Part shown: positions 28,409-38,631 of the stretch, piece after piece | Numbering within the stretch: position 1 is the first letter of the stretch | Layout: every line of letters starts with the position of its first letter | Virus record (IMG/VR): IMGVR_UViG_3300034082_002096 | DNA length: 64,000 bases | Source of the DNA: an uncultured virus (IMG/VR IMGVR_UViG_3300034082_002096) | Lineage: Duplodnaviria > Heunggongvirae > Uroviricota > Caudoviricetes | Direction: 5' to 3' (one strand) | The notes under the pieces: generated by a model | Told to the model about the DNA's origin: nothing | Seen by the model: only the letters and a program-made list of their open reading frames with translations | Databases searched by the model: none | Program-made: the position numbers and the translations under genes

Positions 28409-28931
28409 TTTCTTCTCCTGAATTTTTCTTGGAATCAAGTCCCTTGTCAAATGCATCGGTTACTGCACTCATATCAATTTCAGCACCATTTATTTTTACT
28501 TTTTCACTATCAAATTCATCAACAAAATGTCTTGGCATCGAAATTTTAATTAACCATACTTGTATAATTTCTTTTTTTGGTTTTCTTTTAGATGTAGATG
28601 ATCCTGTAACAGTTAATTCAAGATCATCAGGCGTTTCGATTTCTTTGCTTACACGGTATTTATATTTGCCATAGTAAACATAACACCCATGCTTGATCAA
28701 TCGTAATGCACCATCTGGATCAGGCATTTGTTTGTATGGATACATTAGCGTAACTTCTACCCAATATCTACTAATTTCTGGACCACCCGCTACTTCCCCA
28801 ATGATCCAATTTTTATATGCATAAATGTGCAGGGTGTCTAATACTTCTTCAAATTCTAACAACATATCAAGAGAGGTATCTGTGTCATATATTTTTTTAA
28901 GTGTTTTTGCGATTTCATTATCATCAATCAT
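28395..28931 (-). CDS. Hypothetical late protein
   Basis: YAYKNW..GE, MPDPDGA; TAAATA at 28956. Confidence 0.75.
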   Translation of the reverse strand: MIDDNEIAKTLKKIYDTDTSLDMLLEFEEVLDTLHIYAYKNWIIGEVAGGPEISRYWVEVTLMYPYKQMPDPDGALRLIKHGCYVYYGKYKYRVSKEIETPDDLELTVTGSSTSKRKPKKEIIQVWLIKISMPRHFVDEFDSEKVKINGAEIDMSAVTDAFDKGLDSKKNSGEENEDN

Positions 28932-29025
28932 TATTTTATACCCTTTATATACCATTATTTATGGTTTGCTCCTAAATACTTGTGCGACTTGGACTCGACA
29001 CTTGCAAATACAAGGAGATCACATT

Positions 29026-29784
29026 GTGACAAAAAGAGCAAGAAAAACTAAATCGTTCGGAAACGAACAAACCACGACCCCAAGAATTTCCGCAAGAACC
29101 CAACCACAAGTTGTTGACTTTACAAAATATAAAAAACGCAACAATACGGTTATTATGTTACCAAAAAACTTAGCACAAGAAGATTATATCGAATTGTTAG
29201 ATAATGACAAGATTGATATAGTTTTTGCCATTGGTCCAGCAGGAACTGGAAAAACAATGCTTGCGGTCCTTGCTGCGATAAAAGCATTTAAAAATGGCGA
29301 TTGTGAAAAAATAGTAATAACACGACCAGCAGTTAGCGTTGATGAGCAACATGGTTTCTTACCCGGCACATTGTTGGAAAAAATGGCTCCGTGGACACGT
29401 CCTATTTTTGATGTTATCGAAGAATACTATTCTCCTACTGATATTACTGGTATGGTTGAAGAAGGTATTATTGAAGTAGCACCATTAGCATACATGAGGG
29501 GCAGAACTTTTAAAAATTCATATATTTTATTTGACGAATCTCAAAACTCTACTCCAAACCAAATGAAGATGTTACTTACACGTCTTGGTGAGAATAGCAG
29601 AATTATTGTCACGGGTGACATTACTCAACATGACCGCACATTTGAAGAAAATGGGCTAAAAGACTTTTTAGACAAATTACAACAAAGAAACTCAAGTCGC
29701 ATTGGTTTCGTACAATTTGCCCAAAAAGATGTAGAACGTCATCCAACTGTTGCAGAGGTTCTTAAAATATACGGCGACGAATAA
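29026..29784 (+). CDS. phoH: PhoH-family ATPase
   Basis: GPAGTGKT, GFLPG, YMRGRTF, DESQN, LTRLGE; GTG start after AAGGAG. Confidence 0.95.
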   Translation: MTKRARKTKSFGNEQTTTPRISARTQPQVVDFTKYKKRNNTVIMLPKNLAQEDYIELLDNDKIDIVFAIGPAGTGKTMLAVLAAIKAFKNGDCEKIVITRPAVSVDEQHGFLPGTLLEKMAPWTRPIFDVIEEYYSPTDITGMVEEGIIEVAPLAYMRGRTFKNSYILFDESQNSTPNQMKMLLTRLGENSRIIVTGDITQHDRTFEENGLKDFLDKLQQRNSSRIGFVQFAQKDVERHPTVAEVLKIYGDE

Positions 29785-29815
29785 TAATATCTATTAGTGA
29801 ATACGCTTATTGAGT

Positions 29816-30397
29816 CTAAGTCGCAACACTACTAAGAATATTATTACAAATCTCTGCCCAGCTTTTTACACGAATGATTCGTTCATGTGAACAATCTTGA
29901 TTATAAGGATGATCAAGTAAAAATGTGTTAAGACCCATGTTTGCACCAAGCAAAGCATTTTTACCCAAATCCTCAATCCAATACATACCACTTCCACGAT
30001 ATGGTTCAAGATAAGGTTGTTTATTTCCTTCTATACAGTGAACTTCGGTAAATGTATTTTTTCCAAAATGATCTTCTAGATTAATTTTTCTCAATCTTTC
30101 AGTATTATAATCACCGCCAACACTAGTAATTGCAATAAATCTATATCCATTTTCTTTCAATTTACCAATACCACTTATTGCATCCCTAAATGCAGGAACA
30201 TCAATCATGTAGGAACTAGTATTGAATTCGTACACTAGCTGTTCAGCACGATCTTTGTTGCAATTATACGATTCATGAATGGCATAAGTGTTAGCATTGA
30301 TTACATTGTATCCACGTCTATTCATCCAATTGTGGAAATGATTTTCCCAATATAGACATACGCCATCAATGTCAGTTAAAATTATCTTTTTGTTCAT
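29816..30397 (-). CDS. HAD-family nucleotidase (T4 30.2-like)
   Basis: LTDIDGV, WIED, HPYN. Confidence 0.8.
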   Translation of the reverse strand: MNKKIILTDIDGVCLYWENHFHNWMNRRGYNVINANTYAIHESYNCNKDRAEQLVYEFNTSSYMIDVPAFRDAISGIGKLKENGYRFIAITSVGGDYNTERLRKINLEDHFGKNTFTEVHCIEGNKQPYLEPYRGSGMYWIEDLGKNALLGANMGLNTFLLDHPYNQDCSHERIIRVKSWAEICNNILSSVAT

Positions 30398-30864
30398 ACG
30401 ATAGACTTTCCAATTTTTCTTCCAGCATTATAGCTAGATTTTACGACAAATGCGAAACCAAATAATTTAAGCCAAAATGGAATCTGTATTCCGTTTTCGT
30501 TGTTTTCTCTGGCTTCTCGTGTTTGTTCACATGCGTAGTAGAATTGCTCTGAATTTTTATTAATATAATAAATTGTTGCAGCAATTATTAATCCAAGAGC
30601 GATAAGGTAATATGTAGTTCCGACAAATACAAAACTTTTTGCGGTTGTAGCAACCATAAAATTATAATAGTAAAATACTCCTGCATATGACAAATTTACT
30701 GCCACCCAAGTAAGAGAAAGCCATGCCTTTTGTGTAAAATTCCAAATAAGAACTGCACCTTTAATAGTAAACGCTATAAAAAGAGCAATTACTGCAACTA
30801 CTAACACAAATAAATAAAATAGTAGTACAAATCCACCTGCATTATTATCACTGCTATCTGACAT
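30394..30864 (-). CDS. Membrane protein
   Basis: Several hydrophobic segments. Confidence 0.7.
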   Translation of the reverse strand: MSDSSDNNAGGFVLLFYLFVLVVAVIALFIAFTIKGAVLIWNFTQKAWLSLTWVAVNLSYAGVFYYYNFMVATTAKSFVFVGTTYYLIALGLIIAATIYYINKNSEQFYYACEQTREARENNENGIQIPFWLKLFGFAFVVKSSYNAGRKIGKSIV

Positions 30865-30881
30865 GGCTTTCTCCTTTTTAA

Positions 30882-31067
30882 TCACTCAGCCATAGCATAG
30901 CTTTCTTCGTTAATGTTGTCAAGCTCAATAAAGTTCTTTTCCATCACTGTAAGAAAAGAATTAATTTCTCCTATTGGAGTATCTTCTATAGGAGTTGGCA
31001 ATACAAATTCAAGATAATCATACGTAAACGAATCAATCTCTAGTAGACTACGATAAGTATATGGCAT
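30882..31067 (-). CDS. Hypothetical protein
   Basis: SD plus ORF. Confidence 0.6.
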   Translation of the reverse strand: MPYTYRSLLEIDSFTYDYLEFVLPTPIEDTPIGEINSFLTVMEKNFIELDNINEESYAMAE

Positions 31068-31089
31068 TTTAGACTTCCTTTTATTGGGG

Positions 31090-31773
31090 TTAAATTTCAG
31101 GGAAAAGACATACTTCTATAAATTCTTTAACTTCATCGGGATTAAGACCTAATGCAGTCATTGTTCTTGGCGTATGTGGATTTTGCTTTTGATAGTGAGC
31201 ATACCTATTTTGTGCAGCTTTTATAATATTTTCGTCTGCTATATTATTGTAGTCAGCAATCCACCACATATAATTAAAGATACTTTCATAACTGTAGTTT
31301 AGTAATTGTTTTAATTCTTCTGGACTTTGAATATTTCCAGCAGAAATCATATCTTTATTAAAGATTTGTTTTGCCCAGTCTGGTAACTCTCTTTTTTTAT
31401 TCCATTCTAATCTTTCAGTGGAATTAATAAAATCGTCTATCATGGGATGATCCAAGCTTTCGGTAGGGGAATAGTCATGAAAGAAACCTGTTATTTTACG
31501 GGAACCAGCAACTACATCTAGACCAAATATTGGGGCATTGCTATGCAAATGTGGAAATATACAACAATGCATCATCCACAACCCTTTTGATTCCCTAGCA
31601 TCTACCACGTCAATATGTGCACGTCTATACTTGTTACTAGTCCAAACTCTATTAATCCAATTTGGTTTATTGAACTTATCCATACCATTTTCGTATATTT
31701 CAGTTCCACTACTGTCGAATGCAGTGATAAGATCATTTTGTAATTTTATTAGAGTATCCCAAACTTCACTCAT
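31090..31773 (-). CDS. pcyX: Ferredoxin-dependent bilin reductase (PcyX/PcyA family)
   Basis: RRAHIDV, MHCCIFPH, PIFGLD, FHDYSP, LPDWA, QKQNPHT; next to heme oxygenase. Confidence 0.85.
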   Translation of the reverse strand: MSEVWDTLIKLQNDLITAFDSSGTEIYENGMDKFNKPNWINRVWTSNKYRRAHIDVVDARESKGLWMMHCCIFPHLHSNAPIFGLDVVAGSRKITGFFHDYSPTESLDHPMIDDFINSTERLEWNKKRELPDWAKQIFNKDMISAGNIQSPEELKQLLNYSYESIFNYMWWIADYNNIADENIIKAAQNRYAHYQKQNPHTPRTMTALGLNPDEVKEFIEVCLFPEI

Positions 31774-32299
31774 TTTGCATTAACTCTTCAAATAACCGTA
31801 TAGCAAAGGTAAAACATATTTTTGCTTCTTCTGCCATATCATCTGTTAATTTCTCACGGACTATTAATTTTAAATTATCAACATCAACAAAATTATACAT
31901 ACTTCCATTTCCCGGAACACGACCTTTTATAATGTTACCGCCATACATATCTCCAAAGTGGCGAACATACATATGAGAAACTAACCGATCTTGGTCATCT
32001 ATTGACTGAACATATCTAACATATTCTTTTGTAGATTCGCAAATTGGCGTTGTATTTGTAATATCATATAATATTTCTAACTCGTTTATATCATCACGAA
32101 TTTTTTCATAACGTATAATACTTTCAATTCCAGTAAAGTCAATTTTTGATTCTAATGCTTGATAGGCATGAAATTGATTATAAAGATACCGATGATACAA
32201 TTCTGGAGTGATTTTTCCACTTAGTAGTATTTTAGCAAATGCTTTTCTTTCAGCAGAGTGGTGTAATTCTTTAGTTAATTCTTTTAAATTGTTAGCCAT
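31766..32299 (-). CDS. hemO: Heme oxygenase
   Basis: LKELTKELHHSAE, HMYVRHFGDMYGG. Confidence 0.9.
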   Translation of the reverse strand: MANNLKELTKELHHSAERKAFAKILLSGKITPELYHRYLYNQFHAYQALESKIDFTGIESIIRYEKIRDDINELEILYDITNTTPICESTKEYVRYVQSIDDQDRLVSHMYVRHFGDMYGGNIIKGRVPGNGSMYNFVDVDNLKLIVREKLTDDMAEEAKICFTFAIRLFEELMQNE

Positions 32300-32564
32300 C
32301 TATAACCTCTATAATTTTATCCCAACGCATACTTCTCCATGCATTTTTATTTAAATCCCATACTGCTAGAATTTCTGGCGATGCTTGTCTAATTTTCTTT
32401 TGACTAGTCAAATCATCTTTGCTTACCGAAGGTAAACTATTTTCCATAAGAGTGCAAGTCATATTACGTGTTTCATTGTTTATTTTTATAAAAGTTATAG
32501 TTACTTTTTCACTTTTCAATTTTTTGAGAAGTGTTTCTTTAAAGGCTTCGTTAATTTCGATCAT
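32292..32564 (-). CDS. WYL/SH3-like small protein (DUF2693-like)
   Basis: VTITFIK...RNMTCTL...VWDLNKNAWRS. Confidence 0.7.
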   Translation of the reverse strand: MIEINEAFKETLLKKLKSEKVTITFIKINNETRNMTCTLMENSLPSVSKDDLTSQKKIRQASPEILAVWDLNKNAWRSMRWDKIIEVIDG

Positions 32565-32566
32565 GA

Positions 32567-33498
32567 TTACTCCGTTAATTTTTTATAAAATAGAATTTCT
32601 TTGTATTCTTTGTCTTGTTCGTCAGTTAATGTCATATAATAATTATAGATATGTTGCCTAGTGTTTTGATCATGCAGCATTTCGCTTTGGATTAACTTTA
32701 TATTATTTTCTTTTGCCCATTGTCCGATATCACCAGTATACCAATTATCATATCGACTACGCAATAAACGATCAATATCGACTGTTTTATAGGCATATTC
32801 TCCAAATTTTACAGAAAATATACGATATTTTATCATGTATATTACCCAAATTTTTTATATAAGATCATTTCGGTTATTTCTTCCTTTGATACATATCGTG
32901 GAAGCTTTAATTTATATCTTCCTTTTTTGACATAATACATATCACTATTTGGCATTTTGATCAATACCAGTATTGTAGATGCCTTTACTTCTTCTGGCAA
33001 CGATTTGTATTCAAGTGCAGTTTCTGTAATAAGCATTTTCATAATAATATCCTTGGTAAGAGCATAATGCTCTTACCATTGTAATTTAAAGTTATTTTGA
33101 TTTTGTTGCTTTTTCCCAAGCATTAAGCATAGATTCACGGGCACTGTCCCATGCATCTGCTACTTCTTGTGAAGTCTTTGTATATCGTTCTGCAAATGGG
33201 TTATTTTTATTAGCAGCTTCAATCATCTGCAAAATAAATTCATTTTGCTTTTCGCCGGGAACCATAAGTTCTTTAAACTCACTTGGTGAGCAATCAATTT
33301 CTACATTTATTTTCATATTTTTTCTCCTAATTTGATTTGTTGTAGCAGTATTTCTTTAATAAACGAAATAGGGTCTATTTCGTTTATATCTTTGATACAT
33401 TCAATAAATTCATTATCGAATGTATACCTACTTATTTTACATTTATGCAAAACATACAAAGTAGTTTTATCAGTATTATATGTTACATAAAATTTCAT
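32567..33498 (-). CDS. Four small hypothetical ORFs (32567-32836, 32842-33042, 33092-33316, 33313-33498)
   Basis: Tightly packed co-oriented ORFs. Confidence 0.65.
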
Positions 33499-33505
33499 TA
33501 TCTAT

Positions 33506-33931
33506 CTACTCTTCTGTTTTTACTTTGAGTTTTCCATCTTCGACATAAAGTTGAACATATTTTTCTGGCAAATATGCTCCACTTCTAACGTAATCTCGCC
33601 CACCATCAATCCATACTGTTTCATCTGGTGAATGCCTATAATCATGGCGTGACCGACTGTAGATAATGTCATTGTTGTCTGCTATTACGCCAGTAATTTC
33701 TAAATCTTCAACAGATGACCCATCGCATATATAAAGTGTATTAGTTAGAGGGTGACGATATAAACCAAAATATCTACTGTTACTATCGGGATGCGGTGTT
33801 TTTCCATAAAATACAGAACAATCTGCCCCATTTTTTAGAGTAGTGTCGCATACATAAACTGCTTCTTTTATTTCACAAATCTTTTTAATATTTTCTTCTG
33901 AAAAGAAATAGGGTTCATTCAAAATATTCAT
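33506..33931 (-). CDS. Hypothetical phage protein
   Basis: YSRSRHDY...IDGGRDY motif. Confidence 0.75.
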   Translation of the reverse strand: MNILNEPYFFSEENIKKICEIKEAVYVCDTTLKNGADCSVFYGKTPHPDSNSRYFGLYRHPLTNTLYICDGSSVEDLEITGVIADNNDIIYSRSRHDYRHSPDETVWIDGGRDYVRSGAYLPEKYVQLYVEDGKLKVKTEE

Positions 33932-33954
33932 GGTTAATCCTCTGATGTTCAACT

Positions 33955-33983
33955 ATCATACACTAATGTAATACCAGAGTCAA
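33955..33983 (-). promoter_or_regulatory. Sigma70-type promoter
   Basis: TTGACT-N17-TATGAT. Confidence 0.65.
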
Positions 33984-33986
33984 GCG

Positions 33987-35498
33987 TTATTCAAACAACG
34001 CAGATGGCAATATTGGAGTAGATTTTGGTTTCTTTTCTTTTTTTATTTTTGGTTCTTCTACTTTTGGTAACATAGCATGATTAATTCTAGCTTCTGCAAT
34101 ATCATAATATTCTTTTTGCATTTCTATACCAACAAAATTAAAACCTTCGCTGACCGCAGCTTTCCCAGTTGAACCGCTTCCCATAAATGGGTCTAATACT
34201 GTTCCACCAACTGGTGTTACCATTTTAACCAAATATTTCATAAGTTCTGTAGGTTTTACTGTTGGATGAATATTTTTTTTGTTAGCAGGATTTACCCAAT
34301 TTTTTTCGGAACATTTACAAAGATGCGACTCTAAACTAGATGCTCCGCATGTTTCACAAACTCTACGAATTCCATTTCCTTTTGCACCAATAGATGCTTC
34401 TTCAAAATCATCAAGTCCAAAATTTCTGTCACTTTTGGAAGCTTTGGCACAATAAAAGAACCTTGCTGCACTGCCAGAATCACCACGTTTTTGCGATTCT
34501 ACTCTGCCATATTCATTATAAATCCCATTTTGTCCAGTATGTGATTTTTCTGTTCCTTTAACATCGCCTTGTTGACCTTTACTTTGTGGAAATAATTCTA
34601 CTACTTCCTCACTACCATCATGCATAAAATTACTAGGAAATCTACCCAATGCACTAGAACCATTCTCTATACCAGCATACCCACCCGCATAGACGTTCTT
34701 TGCCATACCATCAGTTTTCCAAGTTCCTTTCCCTCCAAGTCTAGGATCATCTATTTCTGGATTTATTGGTATTCTAGTATCATTTATGTTGATACCACCA
34801 ACCCCATGTTTTAAAACATTTTCTGCTACGGTTCCGATAAGAGGTTTGCGGGCCAACACAATTGGTTCAAATGCTGGCTTTAGTGCAGTTCCCCAACCAA
34901 CCCATTTTTTTGCATCCTCTGTAGCAGGCTCAAAATCATAGTGATAATCATTTGCGTCATCTGCTTCCATCCATGGTCGTGCCCACCCTTCGTTTTTATT
35001 TTCACCAGAAAGATGTCCTTTAGTTGTTCTATTTGCAAATTCTTCATGTCCTTGCTTTACGCCTTTTTTAATAGTTCGTTCAGCTTTAAAATGTTTGTCA
35101 ATTGCTTTATCTACTGCCATAGATTTTGGGAATCCACTTCCATAAACCCATGCCAATTGATCACGAATTTCAAATCCAGCAATTCGAATTGATAAAACAC
35201 CCATATCATATGTTCTTGTTCCAAAAAAAGAAACCATATACCCACCGGGTTTTAAAACACGTAAACATTCTTTCCATATACTAGGACTAGGAACAAAACT
35301 GTCCCAAGTTTTTCCCATGAAACCTTTGGAAGAATGTGTATAATCATCACCAGCAAGCCAATGTGTCAACACTTCTATCATATCGGGTTCTTTACTTAAA
35401 CCATAAGGTGGGTCAACTACTATGGAATCAATAGAATTGTCTGCTAATTCTTTTAGTTTTTCTTTGCAATCACCATTTAGTAATTTTACAGTAACCAT
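33987..35498 (-). CDS. Beta-class amino (m6A/m4C) DNA methyltransferase
   Basis: DPPY near N-terminus; HPTVKP and VLDPFMGSGSTG near C-terminus. Confidence 0.93.
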   Translation of the reverse strand: MVTVKLLNGDCKEKLKELADNSIDSIVVDPPYGLSKEPDMIEVLTHWLAGDDYTHSSKGFMGKTWDSFVPSPSIWKECLRVLKPGGYMVSFFGTRTYDMGVLSIRIAGFEIRDQLAWVYGSGFPKSMAVDKAIDKHFKAERTIKKGVKQGHEEFANRTTKGHLSGENKNEGWARPWMEADDANDYHYDFEPATEDAKKWVGWGTALKPAFEPIVLARKPLIGTVAENVLKHGVGGININDTRIPINPEIDDPRLGGKGTWKTDGMAKNVYAGGYAGIENGSSALGRFPSNFMHDGSEEVVELFPQSKGQQGDVKGTEKSHTGQNGIYNEYGRVESQKRGDSGSAARFFYCAKASKSDRNFGLDDFEEASIGAKGNGIRRVCETCGASSLESHLCKCSEKNWVNPANKKNIHPTVKPTELMKYLVKMVTPVGGTVLDPFMGSGSTGKAAVSEGFNFVGIEMQKEYYDIAEARINHAMLPKVEEPKIKKEKKPKSTPILPSALFE

Positions 35499-35500
35499 TA

Positions 35501-36421
35501 TTATTTCCCCAGATTTGCTAATTCTATTAATGTTGCACTTAAATTTATTTCTGGGTCAGCAACTTGACCATGCTTAACTAATCCATTGCGAATAATCAAT
35601 ACAGCTTCGTCTTGTTGATCTTCTGTTTTACCAAAGAAATCTAAGTTGCGATACAAAAACTGAAATGTTTCGATATATTCGTCTGATCTAATATTCTTAC
35701 ATATGTGCTTTCGTGCATCACTGATTTTTCCATTGCTAAACAATTCAACCATTTTTAATTTCCATTCGCTAGTATCACTAGATTCAGTTGGAGCGGTCAA
35801 TGTGTTGTTTATTACGTTTAATTCTAAATTGTTAATTGTCTTACGCATATCTGGATAAGTAGCACGAATGTAGGTATCTAATGTTCCTAAATCAAATTCT
35901 ACGTTTTCAGTTACTAACATTTCCGCCAGCTTTACAGCAAATTCGGTTTCATCAAGACTTTTCAAATGAATGGTTTGAACGCGACTGTGAATAGCAGGTA
36001 TAATCATATTTGGATAGTTACAGGTAAGTATAAATCTTACAGTTCCTATATGTTGTTCCATAACACCACGTAATGCAGCTTGTCCTTCAGTGGTAAGGTG
36101 ATCAGCTTCATCCAAATGAATTATCTTGAAATCTCCCCAAGGCATAGTTTCACTAAATGAAGATATTTTTCTACGTATAGTATCTACACCATTTTCTTTA
36201 CTAGCGTTTATAGTAAGCAAATCTGCACCCTCAATGCCCAATTCACTAACTAATACCTTTGCTAAACTTGTTTTACCAGTTCCGGCAGGACCAGACAAAA
36301 GTATATGTGGTATACTTTTGTCATTGATCCAGCTTTTTACTTGGTTTTTTAAGTTATCGTCTTTGAATACGTATTCAGATAATTTTGTCGGGCGATACTT
36401 TTCAAACCATATATTTTTCAT
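35501..36421 (-). CDS. Clamp loader AAA+ subunit (gp44/RFC-like)
   Basis: WFEKYRP, GPAGTGKT, DEAD, FILTCN, SR. Confidence 0.93.
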   Translation of the reverse strand: MKNIWFEKYRPTKLSEYVFKDDNLKNQVKSWINDKSIPHILLSGPAGTGKTSLAKVLVSELGIEGADLLTINASKENGVDTIRRKISSFSETMPWGDFKIIHLDEADHLTTEGQAALRGVMEQHIGTVRFILTCNYPNMIIPAIHSRVQTIHLKSLDETEFAVKLAEMLVTENVEFDLGTLDTYIRATYPDMRKTINNLELNVINNTLTAPTESSDTSEWKLKMVELFSNGKISDARKHICKNIRSDEYIETFQFLYRNLDFFGKTEDQQDEAVLIIRNGLVKHGQVADPEINLSATLIELANLGK

Positions 36422-36434
36422 TCTATTTCCTATT

Positions 36435-36752
36435 TTAGTGCGTAGTTGGATTAGTTTCAGTCATAATTAAAATTTCATCTTGGTCTAAGTGAAAATATTT
36501 TGTATTCTCACTTTCGTTAATAGTAAACCCTCTGCCCCATCTACCATGTGCTACCAACACATAATCACCAACTTTTACGTCTAGATTCAATGGGCCAACG
36601 TGGGTAACTTCAAACCAGCGTGGACGAATTGATTTTTCATTTCCATCTTTTTCATTTATTAAAAGACCCCCAGATGTTTTTCTTAATCCATAATCATCAA
36701 CGCTTTTTCCAATTACTTTGTTATGTAACGGAGTTAATGTTTTATATGTCAT
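36435..36752 (-). CDS. GroES-like co-chaperonin
   Basis: PLHNKV...TSGGL...VGP..DVKVGDYV. Confidence 0.8.
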   Translation of the reverse strand: MTYKTLTPLHNKVIGKSVDDYGLRKTSGGLLINEKDGNEKSIRPRWFEVTHVGPLNLDVKVGDYVLVAHGRWGRGFTINESENTKYFHLDQDEILIMTETNPTTH

Positions 36753-37138
36753 TAAAACGCACCATCTTGTTTAATCTCAATGCTACCATCTTCATATTCA
36801 ATTTCACTAAAAGTATTGCCAGCTTCATCTGTTTTAGAAACAATATTAACTACTTTGCTTTCTGCTTTTTTTGTCTTTTTTGTTGCAATCTTTTTTTCTT
36901 CTTCTGCCATTACCTTTGCAGGCATCGCTGCATTTTCAATAGAAGTTGAAATTATTGGAGACACTTCTGATTTCTGTTTTTTTGCAATCTGTTGAACAGG
37001 AACGATTACTTTTCCGTCTGATCCAAGCCTGTCACCACGTGCATTCATTTTTACATTACTAACTGCAAGCACTTCTTCATTTTCTCGCATAAGTGAAGTT
37101 ATATCCACCACTTTGCCCATTGCTGATTTTATCTTCAT
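36752..37138 (-). CDS. Hypothetical phage protein
   Basis: SAMGKVVD...NARGD.LG. Confidence 0.75.
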   Translation of the reverse strand: MKIKSAMGKVVDITSLMRENEEVLAVSNVKMNARGDRLGSDGKVIVPVQQIAKKQKSEVSPIISTSIENAAMPAKVMAEEEKKIATKKTKKAESKVVNIVSKTDEAGNTFSEIEYEDGSIEIKQDGAF

Positions 37139-37644
37139 TTTAAGAACTCTCCTATATTTAAATCGTATTTAATAGAGTCAATTCTGTGTATACCAATTAG
37201 ATATAGTATATAACTTGATACTGAACTTCCTCTACCTACACCCCACAGAATATTATGTTTTCGTAAAGTATCTACAAAATAGATCATAAACTTTAACAAT
37301 ATTATCAAATTTCTTTCTTTGTATAGGATCAATTCTTCATGAACTCGATCTTTTTGTGTTGTATTAACACACTTGCTATATAAAAAAGATTCAATATCTA
37401 TTTCTAGATATTTCTGCGGGATGCCCCATGTATTTACGCATTGTGTAATATACTCATCACTGTCTATAACAGGAAGACTATACTCTATTTTATCACCAAG
37501 ATCAAACATATTCGAATAGCGATTGAATTTGTCAATCCAATCGCCATTATTAGTTACTATATCATTTAGCTTTGCACCACATAATAATGCATTAACTACA
37601 TCATTTTCATCCACCACTAATTGATAAGAAACTAATTCACTCAT
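37135..37644 (-). CDS. DNA polymerase III alpha (DnaE) fragment-like protein
   Basis: RVHEEL...WGVGRGSSVSSYILYLIGIHRID...YDL. Confidence 0.8.
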   Translation of the reverse strand: MSELVSYQLVVDENDVVNALLCGAKLNDIVTNNGDWIDKFNRYSNMFDLGDKIEYSLPVIDSDEYITQCVNTWGIPQKYLEIDIESFLYSKCVNTTQKDRVHEELILYKERNLIILLKFMIYFVDTLRKHNILWGVGRGSSVSSYILYLIGIHRIDSIKYDLNIGEFLK

Positions 37645-37865
37645 ATGATTAAACCTTCATCATTCTCGTTAGGCTTTTTCGCATTTTCTTTTTTAATTTC
37701 GTTCATACTATAGATTTCTACATCTAGTTCGTCTAAGATACGACGAAATTGTTCATGAATATGATTTCCAAGCCCCATAGAAAAAGCAAGTAATTGCTTT
37801 TTCTTGAGTTCTTCTTTTCGAGAAATTAATTCTTCGAATTTTTTATCACTAAACTCTAAGGTCAT
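37641..37865 (-). CDS. Hypothetical protein
   Basis: Coupled ORF. Confidence 0.7.
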   Translation of the reverse strand: MTLEFSDKKFEELISRKEELKKKQLLAFSMGLGNHIHEQFRRILDELDVEIYSMNEIKKENAKKPNENDEGLII

Positions 37866-38266
37866 AGATCGGTTGGTGCCTTGTTTTCAGAGTTTGCAGC
37901 AGAAAATCCAACAGGATACCTTGCACTTAATTTTGTTTGGTTTCCTGCAATAACTTCATCTGGATTAAACCCTAGTGCTTTACATGCAGTTACCCAATAA
38001 AATGCAATATCTCCAAGTTCTTTGAACAAATGAATTTTTACATCATCAGTAACTGGTTTTCCTTGAAAGAACAGTTTTTTTGCAATATCACAAAATTCTC
38101 CGGTTTCGCCCGCAAGACCAGCTACAGCAGTATTAAGCAAAGGAGCATTAATACCAGAAGCGTGTATTGAACGAAGAACTGCAATAAATTCTTCTAGGTT
38201 TTTACTTTTATTACTCATTACTGAGTCAACAAACTCACTATAACGATTTAGATCAATTTCACTCAT
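37862..38266 (-). CDS. MazG-like NTP pyrophosphohydrolase
   Basis: GLAGETGEFCD..KK, ELGDI, N..KL..RYP.GF. Confidence 0.88.
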   Translation of the reverse strand: MSEIDLNRYSEFVDSVMSNKSKNLEEFIAVLRSIHASGINAPLLNTAVAGLAGETGEFCDIAKKLFFQGKPVTDDVKIHLFKELGDIAFYWVTACKALGFNPDEVIAGNQTKLSARYPVGFSAANSENKAPTDL

Positions 38267-38274
38267 TTTTTCTC

Positions 38275-38571
38275 CTATGTGTTTTCTAATATAAATGCAG
38301 CAGCGTTGGTATTATCTCTAAAACCAACCATCAATGATGCCCCAAAATTATAAGGACCATTTTGTTTGGCAATCATCCAATCAGTTGTTTCATTTCCATA
38401 ACTTTCGTTAAGATATTTTACAAACATTTTTTTATACTTTTTAAAATATCTTACGTTATTTCCCTGTGGATTATCCTCTGAACTATATTCAAATTCTATA
38501 ATGAAACGATGTGGGAAAGCATTTTGTAATCTGGTCCAGCTAGACATTACTTTAAATTGTAGTTGATCCAT
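38275..38571 (-). CDS. Hypothetical protein
   Basis: ORF downstream of TTGACA-N17-TATATT (38592-38620). Confidence 0.7.
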   Translation of the reverse strand: MDQLQFKVMSSWTRLQNAFPHRFIIEFEYSSEDNPQGNNVRYFKKYKKMFVKYLNESYGNETTDWMIAKQNGPYNFGASLMVGFRDNTNAAAFILENT

Positions 38572-38631
38572 TATGCTTTCCCTTAGTCGCTAATATACCA
38601 CATTATAATGGTAGTGTCAATATAAAATATT

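Noticed and set aside
33987..35498. Calling the methyltransferase CcrM
   Set aside because: Same beta motif order, but it has a large insertion and no recognisable CcrM C-terminal domain; specificity cannot be read from sequence
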